Below, piece after piece: positions 54,634 to 63,206 of a stretch of DNA of 64,000 nt. The notes under the pieces are model-generated. The model saw only the letters and a program-made list of their open reading frames with translations, made no database searches and was not told the origin of the DNA. Both the position numbers and the translations under genes were made by a program. Origin of the DNA: Phycisphaerae bacterium (GTDB taxonomy: Bacteria > Planctomycetota > Phycisphaerae > UBA1845 > PWPN01); the NCBI GenBank assembly GCA_018003015.1, contig JAGNEZ010000008.1:97599-161598 (forward strand). Reading direction: 5' to 3'. How positions within the stretch are numbered: position 1 is the first letter of the stretch; the number at the start of each line of letters is the position of its first letter.

Positions 54634-56160
54634 TCACTCCTGTAAAGGCTTACTCGCGGGCGGCCCGGGGGTGTCGCCGCCGCGGCTCGACTCCTGATCC
54701 GCAGAATGTAATGCCGCCAGATAGCGTTGCACGGTGGCGGCCATGGCCGGCGGCACCCGATACCGAGAGCTGGGATCCTCCGGCAACGAACGGGGTGGGG
54801 CGGCAACGGGAACGGCGGGTTCACCTGGCATCGGCGCCGGCTCCACCCGCTCACGCGTGACCTTGCTCACGCCCGGGCCCAACCTCCCTCTGACGAAATC
54901 CGGGATGGGCACGCCCAGCACCAGCGAGGCCGTACCCCGCGATTTCTTCGGTGGCGTCGGACCGCCCCGCCCCCCTCCCGGCGGACCCTGCTCGCCACTG
55001 ATGCCAAGATCACGTGTCGGTGCGGCTTGCCGGTCCTTCAGCGTGGGCTGGATGCCGCCTCGCTGCGTGTTCGCCGACTTCTCATCCTCGGTGGGTTCGT
55101 CCACCTCGTCGTCCTCACGCTCGTGGCCCCGGGTCTCCAGACGCTGCGAAGCGCTGTTCTGCACGGGCGACATGCCTCCTCCTCCCGAAGAACCCTGGCT
55201 GATCGAGGATGCGTCCTCCTGGGCTTGACTCGCCTTCGAACCGGGCTCCCTGCTCTGCCGGCCGCGGTCTTTCCTCGCAGGCGCCGGAGCCCTTCGTTCC
55301 TTCGGCTTGCCCGCGCCTTGACTCTCCGAGGCTTCCCCCTTCGTGCTTTCTGACTGGCTCGAGGCATTGACTTCCGCGCGGGCTCCGCCGCCGGGTCGCC
55401 CGACCGCCGGTTCCGACCGGGGCTTGACGCCCGGCCTGTTCGCCGGGGCTGCCGCGCCGGAACGATCCGCCTTTCCCACTGCGGCCAGGACCGGCGGCGC
55501 CGCCGGCCTGGATAGCTCACGAGTCTTCAGGAACTGACCGGACGATGACCGCTCCACCGCGGCAGACGCGCCCATCGGCACCGGCATCTCCGCGACGGTG
55601 CCGGGGGGCTTTCCACCCGAAATGAGCCCCGCAACCATCATCAACCCCATCGCCATCGCCACCCGCTGCAGGCCGCCCATCCAGTCCATCTCCGCCCGCT
55701 CCACGTGAGGCAAGTGTGGGTACCAGCGACGAAGGTAATCGAGCCCGTCCCTGATGGCCGCCATTCCGAACGGACCTGCATCGCGGTCTTCAGACAGGGC
55801 CAAGGCAATCGCAATGCGGTTGTGATCCTGCACGCCCAGGTCGAGTCGCTCCGCAGCCTCGGTCAGCGACACCTGACGGCGAATCGCACGCACCATGACG
55901 ACAACCGCCGGCAGCCCTGCGGCCAACAGCGCGAGAACCAGGAAGCCCCGCCACCCAAGCAGCGATGTCTGACCCAGCACGCGGTTCGTCAGCTGCAGAA
56001 AGAACACCGCCCCAGCCGTCGCGAGGAGCGTCTCGGAACCCCAATTCAGAGCCACCGGGACCCGGGCGCGCACCCCCGCCCAACGAACGCGTCGCCGGCA
56101 GTCCGCCAGCAGAACCGCCATTTCCGGCCGAGGGTCGGCATGGGTGTGAAGCTCACTCAT
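54634..56160 (-). CDS. Membrane protein with a long Pro/Gly/Ser/Arg/Glu-rich disordered C-terminal half
   Basis: 508 aa with 3-4 TM segments in the first ~200 aa, followed by low-complexity sequence (…GGGARAEVNASSQSESTKGEASESQGAGKPKERRAPAPARKDRGRQSREPG…). Its start overlaps the upstream stop (ATGA at 56157-56160), and its stop is 9 nt before the moxR-like start. Confidence 0.7.
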   Translation of the reverse strand: MSELHTHADPRPEMAVLLADCRRRVRWAGVRARVPVALNWGSETLLATAGAVFFLQLTNRVLGQTSLLGWRGFLVLALLAAGLPAVVVMVRAIRRQVSLTEAAERLDLGVQDHNRIAIALALSEDRDAGPFGMAAIRDGLDYLRRWYPHLPHVERAEMDWMGGLQRVAMAMGLMMVAGLISGGKPPGTVAEMPVPMGASAAVERSSSGQFLKTRELSRPAAPPVLAAVGKADRSGAAAPANRPGVKPRSEPAVGRPGGGARAEVNASSQSESTKGEASESQGAGKPKERRAPAPARKDRGRQSREPGSKASQAQEDASSISQGSSGGGGMSPVQNSASQRLETRGHEREDDEVDEPTEDEKSANTQRGGIQPTLKDRQAAPTRDLGISGEQGPPGGGRGGPTPPKKSRGTASLVLGVPIPDFVRGRLGPGVSKVTRERVEPAPMPGEPAVPVAAPPRSLPEDPSSRYRVPPAMAATVQRYLAALHSADQESSRGGDTPGPPASKPLQE

Positions 56161-58505
56161 GAGCCCCCTCCGGCGCCGTTGTTCTTAACCGCAAGCGACC
56201 GGGCAACCAGGACCTCGCGCGTTCTGGAGTCCTGGAGGAAAGCCACGACCACGCACGCCCCGGGATCCACGAAAAACGGCCGCATCAGGAACCGAACCTC
56301 CTTCTCCGCTTCGACAGCCGAGATTCGCTTGTCCAGTTCCTCGCTGACCGCCGCGACCGTCAGCATCACCTCGTAACTCCGGCCCCCACTCCCCGCAGGC
56401 AATTCAAAACCGCCCTCGGGCGACAGCAAGGCTCTGGCCACCGAGCGGTGCAGGACCACGCCGTTGGCCGCGGGGAGCATTACTAGTCGCTCGCATAGAA
56501 TCACATGCAGGCGAAGGCTTCCTCCGGCTTCTGAACCCTGGACCTCGATAATGCCGACGAACTTGCCCTCGGTGAAAGCGATACGGCCATCCACCTTCCA
56601 CGCCGCGACGCCGACTCTTCCGGCGAGGGCGGCACCTTGGTACGCGGCGTAGACCTGGGCCGCATTCTTCTCGTCCCCCGCGTCTGTCTTCGGCCCCTTT
56701 CCGTCAAAGAAGGCGGCGGGCGCAGTGGTTGTCTGATAAAAGCCGGCACGCGATACACTCGCCCTGGAAACAAGCGGCTCCGCCGCAGGGGAGGCGAGAT
56801 GGTATTGGACCCACGACACGTCCGTGCCGTCGAAATACTGTTGGAGACCACCGAAAGCCAGTTCCGGCGCCGCGGTGGAGCCGTGATCGACACAGGTGAA
56901 GAGTTCGACCAGCTGCACGGGCTTGGCATCCTCGCCCTTGCCGCCTTCCCCAAATCGATCAGCAGGATGAAACGCCGGCACCCGCCCTTCGAGAAGCTGT
57001 TCCGCGTCACCCATCGAGAAACTCGCCCGGAAGTCGGCGTCGCGGTTGAGGCGATCAAGACCGCGAAAGGCATCTGCTGGAGCATCGTCGCTGATGGCCG
57101 CCTGCACGAACCGCGACCACGCACGCGCAGCCTTTCCTGTTCGTTCGTACAGCTCCCCGAGCCAGAGATTGACCAGCGGATCACGAGGAAGACCAAACGC
57201 CGCGGATAGCAGCGCCCGACGAGCCTCCTTGAGGTCATTCCGCTGAAGCGCGATCTGACCCGTGCGAGCCAGGATCTGATGTGCCGCCACGCCGTTCAGG
57301 TCGGTAGACGCCGATTCCTGGCCGATCTTGAGCACCTCCGTCGCAAGCTCGTACTTGTCCGTTCGCTTTCCGGCAATCAACGCATCGGCCAAGGTGACTA
57401 GACTTGCGGCCCGACGGTTCTCAGGCGTCAGATCCGCGCGCATCCGCACTGCACGAGTGATCGCCTCACGGGGACCGGCCGTGTCTTCGAGTCTGAGCGC
57501 CAACAGCTTCTCCGCAGCCTCCTTCGCCAGCCGGGATGTCGCGTGACCCTTCACGAATGACTCGATCGCCTCCGCATTCCCATCCGTCCGTGCCTGATAG
57601 TACGCCCGCTCCTCGATGGGAAACCTGGGCTCGCGCGTCTGCTCAAACAGCATCCGCCGATGCGTCTGGTCGATGGTCACACGGAGACTGCTCAGCAGAT
57701 TCACACCCAGCACCAGATCCGGCCGCGGCTCCGGGGCTTCGGACAGGTCTTCCGGGCGAAACGCCACAAGGCGAGCGAGGTTGAGCCCGCCGAGGCTCAG
57801 CGGGTCGATCGCACCACCGGCTGAGCCCGCCAGATCCGCGGCGGTCGAATCGATAATCGTGTCGTTGCCCGAGGTCATGAACCGCGTGCGGAGCGTGAAT
57901 CCGTCCGCGGCAACCGCCTTCAACCAGTAACCCGAGCCTGACTCCTCGTACGGCACGACCGTGGCTTTCGAGACCCCGTCGCTGCCGCTCCTCTCCCCTT
58001 CGCTCAGCACCGCCTCCTCGCCCGGCAACAGCCTGAGAACACCCTCGCCAATCTCGATCTGGACGCCGAACTGCTCAAACGCCGGCAGACCGAGGTACGC
58101 GATCGCCGGGATCTCGCCCAGCTCCGGAGCATAGTCCCGCGACAAGTCCTCCAGTTCCTTGAGCCCCGTGGCGTGGGTCTTCAGGTTCCCCAGAGCCAGA
58201 TCACCGAAACGCACCTCCCCCCGTGAATCTCCGCCGATCTCCAGCAGCTTGCCGCTACGCTCATGGATCACCAGCGGCATCTTCAGACCCAGCTCAATGA
58301 CGACGTTCGCCGGTATACCCTTGCTCGGACCGTGGATCGTACCCATGGCGCACGGCCGACCATCCACGACCTTGAACCTGATCTCCGCAGCGGCCTGAAC
58401 GGGAACCTCAAAGGCCCAGATGGCCGCCATCACGCCGGCAACGAAGGCATGAAAGGGTGCCCGCCCAGAACACCATCGCCATAAGAAGCGAACGCGCAAT
58501 ACCAT
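56157..58505 (-). CDS. Secreted hypothetical protein (beta-rich N-domain, TPR-like middle, unknown C-domain)
   Basis: The preferred start MVLRVRFLWRWCSGRAPFHAFVAGVMAAIWAFEVPVQA (signal-like) is at ATG 58505. The track ORF's further 94 N-terminal residues run into the integrase-remnant region and look non-coding. No catalytic motif was recognised. Confidence 0.65.
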   Translation of the reverse strand: MVLRVRFLWRWCSGRAPFHAFVAGVMAAIWAFEVPVQAAAEIRFKVVDGRPCAMGTIHGPSKGIPANVVIELGLKMPLVIHERSGKLLEIGGDSRGEVRFGDLALGNLKTHATGLKELEDLSRDYAPELGEIPAIAYLGLPAFEQFGVQIEIGEGVLRLLPGEEAVLSEGERSGSDGVSKATVVPYEESGSGYWLKAVAADGFTLRTRFMTSGNDTIIDSTAADLAGSAGGAIDPLSLGGLNLARLVAFRPEDLSEAPEPRPDLVLGVNLLSSLRVTIDQTHRRMLFEQTREPRFPIEERAYYQARTDGNAEAIESFVKGHATSRLAKEAAEKLLALRLEDTAGPREAITRAVRMRADLTPENRRAASLVTLADALIAGKRTDKYELATEVLKIGQESASTDLNGVAAHQILARTGQIALQRNDLKEARRALLSAAFGLPRDPLVNLWLGELYERTGKAARAWSRFVQAAISDDAPADAFRGLDRLNRDADFRASFSMGDAEQLLEGRVPAFHPADRFGEGGKGEDAKPVQLVELFTCVDHGSTAAPELAFGGLQQYFDGTDVSWVQYHLASPAAEPLVSRASVSRAGFYQTTTAPAAFFDGKGPKTDAGDEKNAAQVYAAYQGAALAGRVGVAAWKVDGRIAFTEGKFVGIIEVQGSEAGGSLRLHVILCERLVMLPAANGVVLHRSVARALLSPEGGFELPAGSGGRSYEVMLTVAAVSEELDKRISAVEAEKEVRFLMRPFFVDPGACVVVAFLQDSRTREVLVARSLAVKNNGAGGGS

Positions 58506-58938
58506 CGGCCTCCTATTATTTGGGGTTCGCCCCGTCTGCCATCCCCCGACGGCGACGGTAACCACCCATTCCTCGCATCCGTTCACGGGGTCATGCCCCG
58601 TCGTCTCGGGCGAAAAACGTGATTCTACCAGTCCGCCTTCCGGATGCGTAGTAGAAAAGCACCGCGACGGGATCACTTCGAGCAGGACGCTGCACCCGCT
58701 CTCGAAAAGAACAGGGCGCCGACAGCTAGGCCAGGCTGTGCGATCCTGGCCCTGCGCGAGGCGGAACATCGTTGACCTCGCAGCCACCGGAGAGGCCAGG
58801 TCCCGGGAAAGCGGTCAATCCAAATCGTCTCCCGGCGGCGCGCAACAGGTGCGGTTCGGCCATCCGAGACCCGTCGGTATCCACTTCCCACTCAGTAAAC
58901 GACTTCAGTGAGCACCGTTCGTTAGTCATTTTCCCGCT

Positions 58939-59220
58939 GGCCAGCTCGGCGACGGTCAACGGCTTGCCCTGGGACCGGCCCGAGGCCCCCGCGGACTCTC
59001 GTTGCGGGGTTCGGTACCCTGCCGCCAGCCATTCGGCGATGAGCCGGTGGCAGGCTTCCCTGCACTCTGGCGAGTCCCATTCCCCGAGGTCGATCTCGTG
59101 GTGTCTGTTCGTGTCTGCGTCGTGGCGTGGGGTGATCGCTCGCCCGCCCTTCCGGCGGTACATCGGCGAGAACGGCTTCCTAGGCACGGCTCCGATACCT
59201 TTCCGGCGTGTTTCAGCCAC
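58939..59220 (-). pseudogene. Tyrosine-recombinase (phage-type integrase) N-terminal remnant
   Basis: The sequence MAETRRKGIGAVPRKPFSPMYRRKGG...HEIDLGEWDSPECREACHRLIAEWLAAGY...KPLTVAELA resembles the arm-binding/N-terminal region of planctomycete integrases, recognised from memory. Similarity stops after ~94 aa and no catalytic domain follows. It begins 99 nt from the 3' end of tRNA-Lys. Confidence 0.55.
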
Positions 59221-59318
59221 GTTGTGCGACGTTCTGCCGCACCAAAACTGCCGTATCGGTGCCCTGCGGCCACCTGGCCGATTCTGTAGGTGAAGACCTC
59301 ACCGGTATTCGCTTTCAT

Positions 59319-59391
59319 TGAGGGCGCTGGGACTCGAACCCAGGACACACGGCTTAAAAGGCCGTTGCTCTGCCGACTGAGCTACGCCCCC
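59319..59391 (-). tRNA. tRNA-Lys (anticodon UUU)
   Basis: The minus strand reads GGGGGCG TA GCTC AGTCGGCA GAGC A ACGGC CTTTTAA GCCGT GTGTC CTGGG TTCGAGT CCCAG CGCCCTC A. This gives a 7-bp acceptor (one G-U), a 4-bp D stem, a 5-bp anticodon stem, loop CU-UUU-AA, a 5-bp T stem with a TTCGAGT loop, and discriminator A. CCA is not encoded. Confidence 0.95.
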
Positions 59392-59787
59392 TGCGAAGCT
59401 GGATCGCCGGTCACTCAGGAACGCCCGCCTGGGGCAACAAGCGGCCATCTGCGCGAGGCCGTCATTCTATTCGCGGCCCCCACTTCGATCAACTGCCCTC
59501 GACTTCTCGGCTTCGGGAGGGGAAAGGCCACACTCCTGGGTGACGGCTCGGTCCGTCTGTATCTGGAACGGCCTCGATTCCCCGGCAACCAGCTGCTCGA
59601 CGAGCCTGTCATACATGAGCAGGACAACCGTCCTGGTACCCGAACCGGCAACGGCATGACTGCTAGGCCTCTGCGGACACCGGCCCCGGCGTCGTGCCCG
59701 CCGACGATGACTCCCAGACCCACCAATCAGAGAACCGTGTTTTCTCGAGCCTCAACCGGAGCAGGCCCCGGTATCCTCGCGGCCACT

Positions 59788-61404
59788 TCAATCGGCACAA
59801 GCCGGATTACCTGGCTCACCTGCCCCGCAGAAGCACCGCTGGAAGACGCCGAAGTCGACCATATCGACATCGCCGTCTTTGTCGAAGTTGGCCCGCTGAC
59901 AGGTTGCCGTCTCGCTGTAGGGAATCGCGGGGCCTGAGTAACAGCCTGCAAAAACCGTCAGATCGTCCCTATCCACGTCGCCGTCGAAATCGAAGTCGGC
60001 CGGCAGCGGGGGCGGACAGAGGTTGGGTTCGCAGGCGGCGTCCTGGGTCCACACTCTGCCGTGGGCGGCCGTGCATGCCACTTGGGACAACTGCTCGCAG
60101 CGGCCGTCGTAGAAGCAGCAGGCTCCCTCAGGCGGAGGAGGCCCTTCAGTGAGAACAAAGAGATAGAAGAAGCTGGTGTCAAAGAAGTACCCGCTCGAGT
60201 CGTACGCGGAATGGCTGAACTCAAGGGCCTCACCCGCAAAAACGGGCACGATCACGTCACTGCTCGTGTTTTGGTTGAGGTCGGCAATGCGGGTGCCGGC
60301 GCGGCTCAGCTGCAGCGAGAAGGTCTGCGCGTAGCTGCTCCAAGGGGTGCAGCGAATCGACAAGAGCATCTCCAGCGGACTACCCGCCGGATGAGCGGCA
60401 GACGTTCCGAGCGTCAAAACACCCGTCACTTGCCCCTCGGCCCATCCGCTAGGAACCGGCCACATCTCCGGCGGCCCCCAGAAAAGACAGTCACCGGTGA
60501 AGGGATCCCATTCCATGCACATGGGCGGGCCTTCCTCCATGCCCTCCTCTCCCCGAAGGCGAGCTGCGCCACGAGCTTGGCCGTTCACACTCTTCTTGAA
60601 GAGCACATTTGCCCCCGAGTAGGAGTACATGATTGTCCCCCATCCAAAACCCTCACTCCTTGCAGCTCCATTCCCCACGGTGGCGATCCCGCCATACTGC
60701 GTGCTGGCCGTCGCGGTAAACGAAATGGTGACATCTACCGGTGCAGGCGGATCGGGCAAATCGGAGGGCTCGGTAATCGTGAGATCGAATCCTGAGCCCC
60801 CGCCGACGAGCTGCAGGTTGTCGAACATAGCAGAGCTGAATCCGGCGACGGTGCCTACCCTCACCACGACAACCACCTGACCGTCAGTCGCGAACACCTG
60901 ATTCCCGTTCCCGCCGGGATGGAGGGAGTTCGTGATCGGTTCCCAATCCCAGTCACTCGGCGGATTCAGCCCCCACGAGTCCTTGGCTGCAACGATATCA
61001 CCAATGACCTGGCCCTCGATTCGGGCAAGGAGTTCCGCGTCGCTCAAACCGGCAGTACCGCTGAAGAGCATGACTTGCGCCCAACCCATCACACCCAGTA
61101 TTCCGCTCCAGTCACCTTGAATGCTGTACGTGTCCGGCATGACGTTGACGCGCTGGAACCAGCCGTGTTCGCCTGTGCCGGCAGAATAATGGAGCCGCCC
61201 CGCGGGCGGGCTCGTTCCCGCAATGGCCAACAGCCATTGGCTGCCGCTGCTCCAGGGCGCCGCCCAGCGGTTCCATCCCGTCTCCCCAGCCGACCAGTCA
61301 CCGTTCACCAGCCAGTTGTACTGGCCTACAGCGGGAGACGGCGAAAGCCAGAGGTGTACGGCACACATCACCCCGACGACAGAAGGTCCAAATCGCATGC
61401 ACAT
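59788..61404 (-). CDS. Secreted protein with a C-terminal Cys-bracketed dockerin-like module
   Basis: The preferred start MCMRFGPSVVGVMCAVHLWLSPSPAVGQ is at 61404 (GGAGGA 7 nt upstream). The tail is DFDFDGDVDRDDLTVFAGCYSGP...CQRANFDKDGDVDMVDFGVFQRCFCG...C. Confidence 0.8.
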   Translation of the reverse strand: MCMRFGPSVVGVMCAVHLWLSPSPAVGQYNWLVNGDWSAGETGWNRWAAPWSSGSQWLLAIAGTSPPAGRLHYSAGTGEHGWFQRVNVMPDTYSIQGDWSGILGVMGWAQVMLFSGTAGLSDAELLARIEGQVIGDIVAAKDSWGLNPPSDWDWEPITNSLHPGGNGNQVFATDGQVVVVVRVGTVAGFSSAMFDNLQLVGGGSGFDLTITEPSDLPDPPAPVDVTISFTATASTQYGGIATVGNGAARSEGFGWGTIMYSYSGANVLFKKSVNGQARGAARLRGEEGMEEGPPMCMEWDPFTGDCLFWGPPEMWPVPSGWAEGQVTGVLTLGTSAAHPAGSPLEMLLSIRCTPWSSYAQTFSLQLSRAGTRIADLNQNTSSDVIVPVFAGEALEFSHSAYDSSGYFFDTSFFYLFVLTEGPPPPEGACCFYDGRCEQLSQVACTAAHGRVWTQDAACEPNLCPPPLPADFDFDGDVDRDDLTVFAGCYSGPAIPYSETATCQRANFDKDGDVDMVDFGVFQRCFCGAGEPGNPACAD

Positions 61405-61690
61405 ATCCCGATCCTCCGGACGAACAAGAGACACGCTGCTTACAAATGTCTGAGGAAACACCCGACCCAGCCAAGTGCCAGGATATATTCTCGGACCGGC
61501 CATGTCAAGTCACACATCATGTTCTGGATGTACGCTTCCAGGGTCGGACGAGCCCCCGACCCGGCGACAGCAGGCCCAAGGAGAACCACGACCCGGCCGC
61601 GGCTCCTTCCGTCTGCACGTGAAACAGCCACGACTCGCCGGTGCTGATTCAAGCGGCTCCTCTGTCTCGTGGTATCTACTGGGATAGGCT

Positions 61691-63202
61691 CTAACTGGAA
61701 CGCCGCCGCTTTGAGGTGGCCGAGATCGCCCGGTCGCTGGCCCAGGCCCGGATGTACTTGACCTGCTCGCTCATCGTCTTCGACAGCGGAACAATGTCCT
61801 CCAGGGCCGGCAGCAGGTGCTTGTCCGTAAGCGGCTCGTTGGCCAGACGCGAGGCGGTCAGGGCTGAGATCACCGCCTGCTCGATCTCCGCGCCGGTCCA
61901 CCCCTCCGTCCGCACCGTCGCCAAATCGAGCGATAGCCCAGCCGTCTCCATCCGCCGCCGCTGCAGGTGAATGCGGAAGATCTCCATGCGTTCCGGCTGA
62001 TCGGGCAAATCGATGAAGAACACTTGGTCAAACCGGCCTTTGCGGATCATCTCTGCAGGCAGCAGGTCGATGCGGTTGGCGGTGGCGGCCACGAACAATC
62101 CCTTGGGCTTCTCCTGCATCCAGGTGAGGAAGTAGCCAAAGATACGGTCCAGCACGCCGGAGCTGTCCTGGTGCTGCCGCGAGATCGCGTTCTCGATCTC
62201 GTCGAACCAGACAACGGCCGGAGCGATCTCCTCCATGGTGCGGCAGGCCTCGGCGAAAACCCGCTCGGCGTTGCCCAGCCCGGCCGCGAATACCTGGGAC
62301 ATGTCCACGCGGTACAGCGGCAGGGCAAACGCACTGGCCACCGCCCGGGCAGTCAGGCTCTTGCCGCAGCCGGAGACACCCATCAGCAGAATGCCCTTGG
62401 GCACAATCTCCGAGGTCACGCCCTCCTCGGAGAAGAAGAGCCCCTTTCGCTGCTCCAGCCATTTCTTCAGCGCATCGACACCCCCGACCTGATCGATCCC
62501 CACCGTGTCAGGCACGTATTCCATCAGCCCGCTTTTGCGAACCAGCAGCCGCTTTTCCTCCTGGAGCAAGGGCACAACCGACGGATCGAGCCGGTGCGCC
62601 TGGGCGAAGGCAAAACGAATCGCGTGTCGGGCTTCGTCGAACGTCAGCCCCTGCAACGCCCGACCCAGAACGTAGCGGGCCTCTGGACCCAGATCGCCGG
62701 CCGCTCCAAGCCCCGCCGCCTCCTCGGTCAGCAACGACGCCAATTCAACCAGGTCCGGCATCGGCAGTTTGAGAAACGCGACCTCACGCTCGATCTCCGG
62801 CGGAACGACCTTCACCGGCGAACAGATCACCACCGCCTTGCGATTCTTCAGGCAGGCGTGATAGACATCGCGCAACCGGCGGCGAACCGCGGCCGATTCG
62901 CGGATAAACTCATGGAAGTCCTTCAACAGGAAAATGGCCGGCGTCGGGTACGAGACCACGAAATCCAGGACGCCGCGGGCGCCGTCGGGCTGCGACTGGC
63001 TGACCCGACCGCCCTCCACCAGCCCGTCGGTGATGCTCCAGACGAACAACTGGCTGCCGCCACCTTGCCGAAACTCCGCCGCCTGGGTCACCAGGGACAA
63101 GACCCGGTCTTCCTCGGGTGATTGAACGTAGATGAGCGGGCGCCCCGCATCCAGCATGTTGCGAATCGCGGCCAGGCCCCGGTTCACCACTTGGGCGTCC
63201 AC
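61691..63202 (-). CDS. Classical-clade AAA+ ATPase with a ~250-aa N-terminal domain
   Basis: Walker A is GVSGCGKS and Walker B is VVWFDEIE. The SRH-like block is ATANRIDLLPAEMIRKGRFDQVFFIDLP. The start is uncertain: I prefer GTG at 63202 (GAGAGG 8 nt upstream, which avoids overlapping the upstream gene), while the track ORF extends to 63256. Confidence 0.8.
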   Translation of the reverse strand: MDAQVVNRGLAAIRNMLDAGRPLIYVQSPEEDRVLSLVTQAAEFRQGGGSQLFVWSITDGLVEGGRVSQSQPDGARGVLDFVVSYPTPAIFLLKDFHEFIRESAAVRRRLRDVYHACLKNRKAVVICSPVKVVPPEIEREVAFLKLPMPDLVELASLLTEEAAGLGAAGDLGPEARYVLGRALQGLTFDEARHAIRFAFAQAHRLDPSVVPLLQEEKRLLVRKSGLMEYVPDTVGIDQVGGVDALKKWLEQRKGLFFSEEGVTSEIVPKGILLMGVSGCGKSLTARAVASAFALPLYRVDMSQVFAAGLGNAERVFAEACRTMEEIAPAVVWFDEIENAISRQHQDSSGVLDRIFGYFLTWMQEKPKGLFVAATANRIDLLPAEMIRKGRFDQVFFIDLPDQPERMEIFRIHLQRRRMETAGLSLDLATVRTEGWTGAEIEQAVISALTASRLANEPLTDKHLLPALEDIVPLSKTMSEQVKYIRAWASDRAISATSKRRRSS

Positions 63203-63206
63203 AGGA

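Noticed and set aside
56157-58505. Retropepsin-like aspartic protease call for the N-domain of the 782-aa protein
   Set aside because: The beta-rich segment superficially resembles such domains, but I found no D-T/S-G catalytic motif. The call was dropped.
58506-58787. Extra 94 N-terminal residues of the 876-aa track ORF
   Set aside because: The extension has no signal or coding-like character and runs into the region behind the integrase remnant. An internal ATG (58505) gives a proper signal-peptide N-terminus.
42157-59318. Direct repeat of the tRNA-Lys 3' end that would delimit an integrated island
   Set aside because: Only trivial 8-mers (TCGAACCC) recur, and no convincing att-like repeat was spotted by eye. 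The island hypothesis is therefore kept as a low-to-moderate-confidence inference only.
59290-59937. 215-aa plus-strand ORF
   Set aside because: It runs straight through the tRNA-Lys gene on the opposite strand and into the antisense of the dockerin-protein gene. It has no coding features.
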